Under the pieces are notes generated by a model that had not been told where the DNA came from, did no database searches, and saw only the letters and a list, made by a program, of their open reading frames with translations. A DNA stretch of 64,000 nt from Candidatus Parvarchaeota archaeon (lineage in GTDB: Archaea; Nanobdellota; Nanobdellia; JAAOXT01), in contig JAFCDO010000001.1 in NCBI GenBank assembly GCA_017609605.1, positions 9,281-73,280 on the forward strand, in the 5' to 3' direction. The position numbers and the translations under genes are program-made. Numbering within the stretch: position 1 is the stretch's first letter; each line of letters begins with the position of its first letter. Positions 8,869-17,476 of this stretch are shown here, piece after piece.

Positions 8869-9540
8869 ATGAAGACTAACTTAATCTTGGGTGCCCATCC
8901 TGACGACGAGATACTCGGAGTTGGTGGCACTGCGGCCAGCCTGTCTCAAAGAGGCGAAACCGTAAAATCAATCGTCTTTTCCAGAGGAAACAAGTTCCCT
9001 CCATGGTGGAACGAAGAAAAATTATCGAAGGCAAGAAGGAAAGAATCAAGAAAAGCGGCGAAAATTCTTGGCATTGAAAAAACCTATTTTTTAGGGCTGA
9101 AGGACATGGGCCTTCCGAAAAGCATGAACGAAAAAATCATTAAAAAAGTTCGGCGCTTAATCGAAAAAGAAAAACCGGACAGACTGTTTTATCATTCAAA
9201 AAACGACACGCACCCAGACCACATGGCAGTCAACAACATTGTTAAAAAAGCTTTAGCAAAGATTTCCAAAAAGCCTAAGTGCTACACGTATGAGACCAGC
9301 AGTTTCATAAGTTTTTTCGAAAGAAAAGACCCGAAAATATTCTTCGATATAACAAACACTTTGGACGAAAAAATAAGTGCTTTGAAAGCTTTTGAAAGCC
9401 AGAAACTAATCATGCTCCCATTAATACCCGTAACCATTTGGAGAGCCATCAATTTCGGAAGAAAAGCAGGTTTCAAGTACGCTGAGCGCTTCAACATAGC
9501 AACTTTTTTGAAACCAACATTTAAAAAAAAAGGTTTTTAA
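8869..9540 (+). CDS. PIG-L/LmbE-family N-acetylglucosaminyl deacetylase
   Basis: Motifs LGAHPDDEILGVGGT and HPDH. Confidence 0.8.
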   Translation: MKTNLILGAHPDDEILGVGGTAASLSQRGETVKSIVFSRGNKFPPWWNEEKLSKARRKESRKAAKILGIEKTYFLGLKDMGLPKSMNEKIIKKVRRLIEKEKPDRLFYHSKNDTHPDHMAVNNIVKKALAKISKKPKCYTYETSSFISFFERKDPKIFFDITNTLDEKISALKAFESQKLIMLPLIPVTIWRAINFGRKAGFKYAERFNIATFLKPTFKKKGF

Positions 9541-9551
9541 TAACTTGATAA

Positions 9552-10667
9552 ATGAAAAAAATACTGTTAGTGCCTTGTGGCATAGGACTGGGTCACGCGA
9601 CAAGGACTCATTCAATCATAAACGAGCTTGAAGGCAAGGCAGAAGTGAAAATCGCTACTTACGGCACAAGCTACAACTACTTCGTTAACAACGGTTTCAA
9701 ACCCATAAAAATGCAAGGCGTCAAGTTCTCCATAAACGATTACACTTTCAACCTTTTCTCAAGTCTAATCAACAACTGGGATTTCCCGATCACGATTCTA
9801 GAAAACATGTTATTGTTTAACAAGATTATCAAAGACTTTGACCCAGACATCATCCTATCAGATTCCGAGCCCAACGCGGTCATCCTGTCAAAACTTTTGA
9901 AAAAAAAGTGCGCTGTAATCACTAACATTCCCACCATTCCGTACGAACTCAAATACTTGCCTGACACCATAATGAACGAGTTATCCAACCATGCTTACGT
10001 CATCAAAAAAATCATTGATTACCTAGTAAAAGAAGCTGATAAAATCCTGGTCCCATCTTTAACAAAATACTCTAATAAACTTCCTCATAACGTGCAAATC
10101 ATCGACTTGTTCGTGAGAAAAAAGCCTTCCGAACTTCCCAGTCAAGAACAAATAAAAGAAATGCTAAGAATAAAAGAAGATTTTACTTTAATCCTATTGA
10201 GCGGTTGGGGAAAAATTCAAGAAAGCTTCCTGAAAAGCCTGATCAAAACGTTAAAGGGCAGGGAAGGAAAATTTATCGCGGTTGGAAGCAGTTCAGTTAC
10301 GAAACCGACAAAAATGGGCAACGTGACAGTCCTGCCCTTCACCAAAAAAGTTTTGCACTACTTAAAAGCCTGCGACAATGTCATAACCATGGCGGGTCAC
10401 AGCTACTTGTCAGAGATACTGGTTTACGAAAAGCCCGCGCTAGTCATACCTATTCGCAAGCACATCGAACAAATAACCAATGCTTCCGCCCTAAAACGAG
10501 CTAGGCTGGCAGAAATCCTGGTGCCAGGCAACCTTTTCGAAATCAAGCTTAAGAAGAAGCTGGACATGTTCTTCGAATCCAAAGAAGAATTAAGGAAAAG
10601 GGTTAAGCGAGCCAACTTCAGAGGTGACGGCGCCAAACAAACAGTTCAAGAAATCCTAAAAATGTAA
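9552..10667 (+). CDS. GT-B glycosyltransferase (GT1/GT28-like, MJ1255/TIGR00661-like)
   Basis: N-terminus LLVPCGIGLGHATR and a C-terminal nucleotide-sugar half (VITMAGHSYLSEIL..KPALVIP). Confidence 0.65.
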   Translation: MKKILLVPCGIGLGHATRTHSIINELEGKAEVKIATYGTSYNYFVNNGFKPIKMQGVKFSINDYTFNLFSSLINNWDFPITILENMLLFNKIIKDFDPDIILSDSEPNAVILSKLLKKKCAVITNIPTIPYELKYLPDTIMNELSNHAYVIKKIIDYLVKEADKILVPSLTKYSNKLPHNVQIIDLFVRKKPSELPSQEQIKEMLRIKEDFTLILLSGWGKIQESFLKSLIKTLKGREGKFIAVGSSSVTKPTKMGNVTVLPFTKKVLHYLKACDNVITMAGHSYLSEILVYEKPALVIPIRKHIEQITNASALKRARLAEILVPGNLFEIKLKKKLDMFFESKEELRKRVKRANFRGDGAKQTVQEILKM

Positions 10668-10710
10668 AGAATAACATAAGGTAATATGGGTCTGCAAGGA
10701 TTACGAACTC

Positions 10711-10740
10711 TCTTCTCTTTTTTCTTTACCCAATTTTTTC
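10711..10740 (+). terminator. Oligo-T tracts downstream of the 7162-10667 gene string (archaeal-type terminator candidate)
   Basis: TTTTTT occurs at 10718-10723 and 10734-10739, about 50 nt after the stop of the glycosyltransferase gene. Confidence 0.35.
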
Positions 10741-10836
10741 GTTAAAACTCTCAAAAACCCCTTAATCCAACACCATTTCAGGGTAGAAGTGAAAACGCTT
10801 TTCACCACAGCAGGTTTCCAATTTTTAAAACAGACA

Positions 10837-10846
10837 TTTTTATAAA
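10837..10846 (+). promoter_or_regulatory. TATA-box-like element
   Basis: TTTTTATAAA is centred about 28 nt upstream of ATG 10870. Confidence 0.45.
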
Positions 10847-10869
10847 TTAATCAATAATCTAATTGTAAC

Positions 10870-11418
10870 ATGAAGGTCAAATTTGAGATGTACGATCCAT
10901 TAACAAACGATTCAAAACACGCTGGAAAATTCATCTTAAACCTATTTCTGGTCGAAAATGGGCATTCTATAGATGTTGGTGAAAAAAGTAACGTTATACA
11001 CACTAAAGATAATAGAACAATCTTAGTAACACATCCTGACGTCGAAGTGAAATATCAACCAAATGCCAGATTAAGCAGATTTCGCAAAAAGACCTTGAAT
11101 CCTAAGGACCTTGAAAAGTTCTCGATTGATGATCTTCTGGAAACTGGGCGGTTGGACCAGAACATGCATGATGCCTTAGTTATGAGATGTGATAGAAAAG
11201 GATGTAGGGAGCCAGCGAGATTCAAGTCATTTGGACCAGCGAAATATGGTATTGGACAGTCTTCATTTGGACATACTTACTACTTTTGCTCCAAAGAACA
11301 TGCTAGTTACACAGATAAAATAGAAAACGTTCCTAATCCAATGGTAATGTGTCATACGTCCAGTTTTTCATGGAAATCGGTTTCAACCATCATAGAAAAA
11401 GCCCCAGTAGAAGCTTAA
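10870..11418 (+). CDS. Hypothetical protein with a Cys/His cluster reminiscent of FCS/TRASH-type zinc fingers
   Basis: Cluster CDRKGCREPARF...YYFCSKEH. No other family signal was seen. Confidence 0.45.
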   Translation: MKVKFEMYDPLTNDSKHAGKFILNLFLVENGHSIDVGEKSNVIHTKDNRTILVTHPDVEVKYQPNARLSRFRKKTLNPKDLEKFSIDDLLETGRLDQNMHDALVMRCDRKGCREPARFKSFGPAKYGIGQSSFGHTYYFCSKEHASYTDKIENVPNPMVMCHTSSFSWKSVSTIIEKAPVEA

Positions 11419-11492
11419 ACAAGAATTCCCGCTATGTCATCAATTACAATTGTAGATATAAGTTTATTTCATCATAAAAATCTCGGAAAATA

Positions 11493-11807
11493 ATGAATCT
11501 TAACTTTATTTTAATGGATGAGACAGAGCGAACAGAACGTATGATAAAACAAGGTAAGAGAATGATTAAATCAGGAGAAGCACTGATTGAGTGTATTGAA
11601 GAGATCGAGGACATGATTCCTGAACAGATGAAAGAAGAAATCTGGCGAGGGGGAGATGTTTATAAGATAACTCTTCCACCTTATCGCGAAAATAATCCTA
11701 CTAAGATCATACCTTTCAAACCAAAGGTTACAAATCCTGCCAAGTTCGTATCAATTGAACACCTCAAGAACCGAGAGGAATGGAGAAAATATTACAATCT
11801 TTATTGA
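11493..11807 (+). CDS. Hypothetical protein
   Basis: 104-aa ORF, charged, with no recognised motif. Confidence 0.4.
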   Translation: MNLNFILMDETERTERMIKQGKRMIKSGEALIECIEEIEDMIPEQMKEEIWRGGDVYKITLPPYRENNPTKIIPFKPKVTNPAKFVSIEHLKNREEWRKYYNLY

Positions 11808-11879
11808 TTCCAAGTTAGAAATGCTTCCCTGTTTTGGAATAACTTCTTCGTATTCTTTGCTTTAAGTAATCAACGATTT

Positions 11880-12311
11880 TCATGCAGTGGTTTTAATCAA
11901 AACTTCTGTTCTCTTAACGAATTCTTCAACGCCTTTAACAAATGTTTTCAAATCCGCTTTCTTAATAGTTATCGAACTCTTCCAATTCTTGACCACGAAA
12001 CCTCCTGAGAACTGTTTGACTTCCTTATTCTGAAAACTCCTTAGGAAAAAATAAGTTTCGTAAAAATCTGCTTTAAGCGAGTTCTGCTCGACAACATCTC
12101 TCATAGCTGAAGACGTTTCGAATCCTGCAACGTACACTTTGTTTCTCTTGAGCAAAACGCTTGCAACAAGGTTCATGGCGTTAATCAAATGATTCACAAA
12201 AATCATGAAGTTGAAACTACCTTTTTCATCAAAAGCCTTCAACATTCTTTTTGTTTTTTCGAGCTCGCTACGAGCCCGTTCAAAAGAGTAAACTTGTTCA
12301 GCGCCAATCAT
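11880..12311 (-). CDS. Hypothetical helical protein; tandem paralogue of 12308-12763
   Basis: It overlaps the upstream gene by 4 nt. The two have similar length and similar helix pattern. Confidence 0.5.
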   Translation of the reverse strand: MIGAEQVYSFERARSELEKTKRMLKAFDEKGSFNFMIFVNHLINAMNLVASVLLKRNKVYVAGFETSSAMRDVVEQNSLKADFYETYFFLRSFQNKEVKQFSGGFVVKNWKSSITIKKADLKTFVKGVEEFVKRTEVLIKTTA

Positions 12312-12763
12312 TTTATTTTTCCATCAATTTTATTAATCAAGGTCTTAGCCAATGATAAATATTTCTTTAATTGGGGAAGACCAATCCTAATGCTTTCCAG
12401 CTCGGACGTTAGGATAAACACTTCATCTTCTCTCTCAACCTTAACCCCGGTTTCAAGATTTTTTGAAACCCTTATAAAATCAATAATCCACTGCGCGTCA
12501 CTGATTTTGAAGAATTTCTTGTAAGTATCGATGAAAAAACGTATTTGCAGTCCACTATCAATAGGAACGGAGCGAATACGTTTATACAACCTTTCATTGA
12601 TTAAGAACGCTTTTATCATGTAAATAATGCTCTGATTCAAGTGACGAATCGCGCTGGCAAAAAGCTTCTTATCCTTGACCAATGGAAAAGTCACATAAGT
12701 TATATGATCAGCCAATCTCAATTCGCGCTTAGCATCATCTAAAACGTCAGTAACGCTTTCCAT
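12308..12763 (-). CDS. Hypothetical helical protein; tandem paralogue of 11880-12311
   Basis: 151-aa ORF. The AKRELRLADH...AIRHLNQSIIYMIKAFL pattern resembles the partner's ARSELEKTKR...VNHLINAMNLVASVLL. Confidence 0.5.
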   Translation of the reverse strand: MESVTDVLDDAKRELRLADHITYVTFPLVKDKKLFASAIRHLNQSIIYMIKAFLINERLYKRIRSVPIDSGLQIRFFIDTYKKFFKISDAQWIIDFIRVSKNLETGVKVEREDEVFILTSELESIRIGLPQLKKYLSLAKTLINKIDGKIK

Positions 12764-12835
12764 TAATCCCCCAGAATAACAAAGAAAGAAGGGTTAACTT
12801 AAATAAGTTTACCTAAAAACTAAAGGATGCAAAAG

Positions 12836-12845
12836 TTTTATAAAA
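12836..12845 (+). promoter_or_regulatory. TATA-box-like element
   Basis: TTTTATAAAA lies about 31 nt upstream of ATG 12872. Confidence 0.45.
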
Positions 12846-12871
12846 CTTAGTTATCGTCTTATATCGTTACC

Positions 12872-13384
12872 ATGGCAAGGCTTCGCTCAGCAAGATGTTA
12901 TAAAATCGTTAAAAGACCTTTCACTAGAGTATCCAGGTTCAGGAAAAAATCCTTTGTCTCAGGAGTTCCTGGCATAAAAATCGTCAAATTCGACCTCGGA
13001 ACCAAAGGGGATTACGAAAACACTTTTGAACTGCGAAGCCAAGGAAAATTGCAGATAAGGCATAACGCAATAGAAGCCGCACGCGTTGCAGCGAACAAAT
13101 TCTTGGTTAAAAAAATTCCTGGCAAAGCTTTCTTCCTAAAAATACGAATTTACCCCCATCACGTGATGAGAGAGAACCCTATAGCCGGAGGCGCGGGAGC
13201 AGACCGTTTCACTCAAGGAATGGCCCATTCTTATGGAAAACCGATTGGCAGGGCGGCCCAAGTCAAAAAAAACCAGATACTAATGACCTTATCCGTAAAC
13301 AATAACCACGTCGACGTAGCCAAAGAAGCTCTTAGGAAAGCTGGCAGTAAATTCTCCTGCAAGACCAAAATACTCCTCGCTTAA
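12872..13384 (+). CDS. rpl10e: 50S ribosomal protein L10e (uL16)
   Basis: MARLRSARCYK..RPFTRVSRFRKKSFV.GVPG and IRIYPHHVMRENP. Confidence 0.9.
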   Translation: MARLRSARCYKIVKRPFTRVSRFRKKSFVSGVPGIKIVKFDLGTKGDYENTFELRSQGKLQIRHNAIEAARVAANKFLVKKIPGKAFFLKIRIYPHHVMRENPIAGGAGADRFTQGMAHSYGKPIGRAAQVKKNQILMTLSVNNNHVDVAKEALRKAGSKFSCKTKILLA

Positions 13385-13432
13385 AAAAAATCTTTCCTTC
13401 GTGAAACAAACTATTGTTAGATAGTTCACAAA

Positions 13433-13442
13433 ATTATTTAAA
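13433..13442 (+). promoter_or_regulatory. TATA-box-like element
   Basis: ATTATTTAAA lies about 30 nt upstream of ATG 13468. This supports 13468 over the track start at 13414. Confidence 0.4.
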
Positions 13443-13467
13443 ACTAATTAAGTTCTTAGATGTCTTA

Positions 13468-15840
13468 ATGAGTTCTTTCATAAAATGGTTTGACCAAATC
13501 AAAAAAGAAGAAATTTTTCTAGGAAGAAAAGCTATCACTCTATCAGACATGTATCAATCAAAAATACTCACGCCAACAGGATTTGTAATAACTTCAAAAC
13601 AATTCTCAAAAATATTCGAGAACCAAAGCCTGGAAACAATGCAAGAAGATTTAGAGCTCCCTGAAGAGCTGAAAACCGGGTTACTGCAAGCCCACGCAAA
13701 AATGAACTTGGCTGGCAGGGATTACTCTGGTCTCGGCAAAAAAGCTTTAGAACTCATAAGGGCTGGTCGAGACCTTCCCACATTAACCATAAGGGCTTCA
13801 ACACATCCTAGCATAAACATTCCAGGACTTCCCTTGCTAAACGTTAAGAACAATCAATTAATCGAAGCAGTGAAAAAAGCGAGGAGCATGCTCTTCCAAC
13901 CAGAAGTCCTGAACCAATTATCCAAGAATAACGAAGACTTTTCTTTCTCGTTAATAATCCAAAAAATGGCTAACACGGATTCCAGCGGGGTGGCGTACAC
14001 CAAGAACCCTGTAAACGGGGAGCAAAAAATTGTTATAGAATCCATTTGGGGTTTCGGTACTGGCCTGTCTGAACTCCAACCGGACAAGTATGAAGTGAAT
14101 CCTTCCAGCATGGAGATCATGGACAAAAAAATAAACGAACAAAAATGGATGTATGGAAAAGACTTTGTGACAGGTGAAATAATTAAAAAACCTGTATCCA
14201 ACGCTAAAGCGAACAGCCAAGTCCTGAACGACGAGCAAATAAAAGAAGTGGCTGGGCTCGCCAAAAAAGTGGGAAGGATAAAAAACTCTGACCAAGCTGT
14301 CTGGTGGGGTTTCGAAGGCAGTCGACTGTTCACTTTCAACAGCGAAGAACTAATCATTCCTGAAAAAGAAGAAGTTGAAAAAACTTTTGAGAAAAAGGTT
14401 TTCGCGCAAGGCGAAGCCGCCAGTCCAGGAATAATCTCTGGAAAAGCCAAAATAATCAGGGGCGAAGAAGACGTTTACAACGTTGAAATGGGTGACGTGA
14501 TAATCGCTAAAACAGCTTTAAACACGATAAATCAAGTGATTGACATGGCTGGAGGAGTGATTATTGAAGAAGGAGGCATTTCTTCAGACGTGGCCAGTCT
14601 TTGCAGACAATTATCCAAGCCGTGCATCACGGGAGTGCCGGAAGCCACGACACTGATAAAAGACAATCAAATCATCACTATTAACGGTTTCAGCGGAAAA
14701 ATATTTGCTGGCACCGTAGAGGAGGAAAGCTTTGAAGAAGAAGCGCTCGCCCAAGTCTCGTACACGGACTATCAACCAACCCAAGAAACAGGCTCTTATG
14801 AACAACCAGGGGTCGCGACAGAAAAAGAAGAAACCCTCAATCATGTATCACTTCTTGAAACAAAATCCGAAGAAGAAATAGAGGTTTTTGAACCCAAAAT
14901 CCAAGAAACCCATCCAAAACTTCCGCAAAGACCTTGGCACACAGAGGATATTGTTACTGCCACAAACGTTTACGTAAACGTTCTGAACTCTAAAAGCTTA
15001 GAAGCAGTTCACTCCAGCTCTTATGATGGTATAGGAATCCTCAATCTTGACAAAACCTTAAAAAAGTTGGGCAGGCACCCGAACTGGCTCTTGTTTCACA
15101 GAAGAGGAGACGAGTACTCTGAGGTAATCAGTGATGAAATAATCCAAACAGCTAGAACCGTGCAGCCAAAACCGGTTTTCGTGAGCTTTACAGATCTGGA
15201 CTCTCAAAGCATGAAAAAACTTAAGGGTGGAGAAGAATACGAGCCCGAAGAAGACAACCCTTTAATTGGGTGGCGAGGAGCTTCAAAACACGTTCACAAA
15301 AACTTTGAACAAGCTTTTAGACTGGAGTGCAGGGCTATAAAAAAAGCTCGGAGCAAAGGATTTAACAATGTGCACGCCATAATTCCTTTCGCGAGAACAG
15401 TCTCTGAAGTCGAGCAAATGATTAAGATAATGAGAGAGGAAGGTTTGGAGAGAGGAGAAGATTTTAAAGTGAACGTAAAAGTTGACGCGCCCAGCCTCCT
15501 GTTCTCGATTAACGGTTTGAAGGACTATTGCGACGGGGTGTGCGTGAACTTGGAAAGCTTGACACAAACATTGTTCGCGCACGACACTGGAAACCTCATG
15601 CTAAAAATACACGACCACAAAAAACCTTTGATGAACGCGGTGAAACACCTTATCGAAAACTCCCACAAAAACGGTTTAGACGTAACCGTGTGCACGGATT
15701 TAACAACTGATAAAGAACTGTTGAGAACACTCATTGAATCCGGTGCTGACGCGTTAAGCTCAAGCCCGAACGCTTCACAAGATATGAAAAGAATGGTTGA
15801 GCACGTTGAACGCCAAATAATGCTCAAAAAACTAAGATGA
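13468..15840 (+). CDS. PEP synthase/pyruvate phosphate dikinase-like protein lacking the phospho-carrier histidine
   Basis: The N-terminal PPDK_N-like ATP-grasp region includes TPTGFVITS. The mobile domain reads EEGGISSDVASLCRQLSKPCITGV, with D where H is expected. The C-terminal TIM-barrel half contains NPLIGWRGASKH and IIPFARTVSEVEQM, but VNLESLTQ replaces SxGSNDLTQ. Confidence 0.75.
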   Translation: MSSFIKWFDQIKKEEIFLGRKAITLSDMYQSKILTPTGFVITSKQFSKIFENQSLETMQEDLELPEELKTGLLQAHAKMNLAGRDYSGLGKKALELIRAGRDLPTLTIRASTHPSINIPGLPLLNVKNNQLIEAVKKARSMLFQPEVLNQLSKNNEDFSFSLIIQKMANTDSSGVAYTKNPVNGEQKIVIESIWGFGTGLSELQPDKYEVNPSSMEIMDKKINEQKWMYGKDFVTGEIIKKPVSNAKANSQVLNDEQIKEVAGLAKKVGRIKNSDQAVWWGFEGSRLFTFNSEELIIPEKEEVEKTFEKKVFAQGEAASPGIISGKAKIIRGEEDVYNVEMGDVIIAKTALNTINQVIDMAGGVIIEEGGISSDVASLCRQLSKPCITGVPEATTLIKDNQIITINGFSGKIFAGTVEEESFEEEALAQVSYTDYQPTQETGSYEQPGVATEKEETLNHVSLLETKSEEEIEVFEPKIQETHPKLPQRPWHTEDIVTATNVYVNVLNSKSLEAVHSSSYDGIGILNLDKTLKKLGRHPNWLLFHRRGDEYSEVISDEIIQTARTVQPKPVFVSFTDLDSQSMKKLKGGEEYEPEEDNPLIGWRGASKHVHKNFEQAFRLECRAIKKARSKGFNNVHAIIPFARTVSEVEQMIKIMREEGLERGEDFKVNVKVDAPSLLFSINGLKDYCDGVCVNLESLTQTLFAHDTGNLMLKIHDHKKPLMNAVKHLIENSHKNGLDVTVCTDLTTDKELLRTLIESGADALSSSPNASQDMKRMVEHVERQIMLKKLR

Positions 15841-17087
15841 TGAAAAAAATATTGGTAACCATAGAATCCTTATCAGACACTTATTACGCTGAACTCGGCG
15901 AGAAAACTCCGTTGGAATCCGCTAACAAGCCTAACATAGATTTCTTCGCCAGCATCGGGTCTTCAGGCACCATTATCCCTATGGGCGAGAATTTCGTGCC
16001 GACAACTCCGGAAACCTTATTCGTTTTTCACGGTTACAATCCTTCCACGCAATACCCTGGAATGGGAGTCGTGGACGCGTTAGGCGCTGGCGTCGAAATC
16101 GACGGGACAGTGTTCAAAATAATGCTCATGGCGTTGGACGGTGAAGGCAACGCGCACCCCATAGAAATAGGAGACGAGCAAGCCAGAGAAATGTACAAGT
16201 ACTTGAACCGCCACGTCATAATTAACACTTCTCCCGTAAAAATGAAGGTCGTGCACACCAAAGGGTGCAAGGGATTGTTATTCTTAGACGGCGAGCAAAT
16301 CACGAACAAAGTCCTAACTCCTGATAAAGGAGTCAGCACAACTTTCAACAGCAACGACACGGTAATCGAACAAATCACTCCCTTGTTCGGGAAGCCTTTC
16401 AGGGTTGAGCCGAGCAAGGCTTTGGAGCGCTCCGAAGAATCCAGGAAAACCGCGGTAGTGCTTAACGAGTTCGCGGTGAAAGCTAAAGCAATGTTGTCAA
16501 ATCACCCGTTGAACAAGGAGCGTTTGCGGAAAGAACTTCCTCCTGCTAACTTCATTTTGATTCAAGGTCCTTCCAGCGAAAAAACTTTTTTGGAAAGCTT
16601 GGACAAAAAAACGGGTGGTAAGTGGTGCGTTATCAGTTCAGACTTGTCCAGCAAAGGGGTTGCTGCTTTGGTGCACGCCAAGCACTTCCACGCGAGCGGC
16701 GACACTGTTGAAGAAAGGCTTGGCAACGCGGCGAGATTGCTTAAAGATAATTGGGAAGCGTTTGATTCTTTTCACTTGCATTTCAGCGACCTGACGGGGC
16801 CTAGTTTGAAAGGGGATTTGCTCAAAAAAAGGGAGCTCATAGAGAAATTGGACAAGCATTTCTTTTACCGTCTTACTGATGGGTTTGACCTTCAAAAAAT
16901 CGTGCTTTGCGTGGCGGCGACCAGTCACGTTCCATGCTCCCAAAAAATTTTTGAAGCCGGGCCACTACCTTTCATGGTGTGCGGGCCTAAGATACAGGGG
17001 GATGGGACCAAGTCTTTCTGTGAAAAAGAATGCGCTAAAGGAACGTACAACCGTGTTGAAGGATCTCAACTAATCAGTTTACTCTAA
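15837..17087 (+). CDS. Archaeal cofactor-independent phosphoglycerate mutase (ApgM)-like protein with degenerate catalytic residues
   Basis: Collinear with the ApgM pattern: KILVTIESLSD, GEKTPLESANKPNID, HGYNPSTQYPGMGVVDALGAGV and PLPFMV. There is an ATGA overlap with the upstream gene. Confidence 0.65.
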   Translation: MMKKILVTIESLSDTYYAELGEKTPLESANKPNIDFFASIGSSGTIIPMGENFVPTTPETLFVFHGYNPSTQYPGMGVVDALGAGVEIDGTVFKIMLMALDGEGNAHPIEIGDEQAREMYKYLNRHVIINTSPVKMKVVHTKGCKGLLFLDGEQITNKVLTPDKGVSTTFNSNDTVIEQITPLFGKPFRVEPSKALERSEESRKTAVVLNEFAVKAKAMLSNHPLNKERLRKELPPANFILIQGPSSEKTFLESLDKKTGGKWCVISSDLSSKGVAALVHAKHFHASGDTVEERLGNAARLLKDNWEAFDSFHLHFSDLTGPSLKGDLLKKRELIEKLDKHFFYRLTDGFDLQKIVLCVAATSHVPCSQKIFEAGPLPFMVCGPKIQGDGTKSFCEKECAKGTYNRVEGSQLISLL

Positions 17088-17368
17088 TCCATAACCTTTT
17101 TTTTAAAACCGTGCTTTGAAGGAGTGTACACGTAATGTTCTTGGAGGCCTTCAGGATTCTTGGAAGTTATTTCCTTAACGTAAGTATACTCATCTTCCAC
17201 TAACTTTCTCAAACCTTCAACGCCCATGAAATAAGTTCTGCCAAAAGAATCCCTTACTTTAACGTCACTTCCTGAAGGGTATAAATCAAAAGAGCTGAAT
17301 TGTTTTTTCAAAACAATCTTGATTTCCTTCTCTTTTAAGAGGTTATCAATCGTTTGTTCAACATTCAT
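17084..17368 (-). CDS. Hypothetical protein
   Basis: 94-aa ORF convergent with the ApgM-like gene; no motif recognised. Confidence 0.4.
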   Translation of the reverse strand: MNVEQTIDNLLKEKEIKIVLKKQFSSFDLYPSGSDVKVRDSFGRTYFMGVEGLRKLVEDEYTYVKEITSKNPEGLQEHYVYTPSKHGFKKKVMD

Positions 17369-17476
17369 TGTTAAAAACGTAAGCTTGATTGGTTTAAAAA
17401 ACTAGCGAAAACAGGATTTTCAAGCGCGTCTCGCTCATCAAAAAATGATTTAAACATTAAACCTCATTAATGGTTC

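Noticed and set aside
11880-12763. Calling the overlapping helical pair a HEPN/MNT or other toxin-antitoxin system.
   Set aside because: I found no R-x4-6-H HEPN motif and no nucleotidyltransferase GS-x10-DxD motif. Only size and arrangement are suggestive, so I kept it as a low-confidence note.
13854-14450. Long antisense ORFs inside large genes. Examples: 13854-14450(-), 16034-16417(-), 22099-22470(-), 23078-23560(-), 36319-36831(-), 47485-47901(-), 49735-50163(-), 50895-51320(-).
   Set aside because: Each lies wholly inside a gene with strong family motifs on the other strand. Their translations are low-complexity (S/F/L/P-rich) with no motifs. They are typical shadow ORFs.
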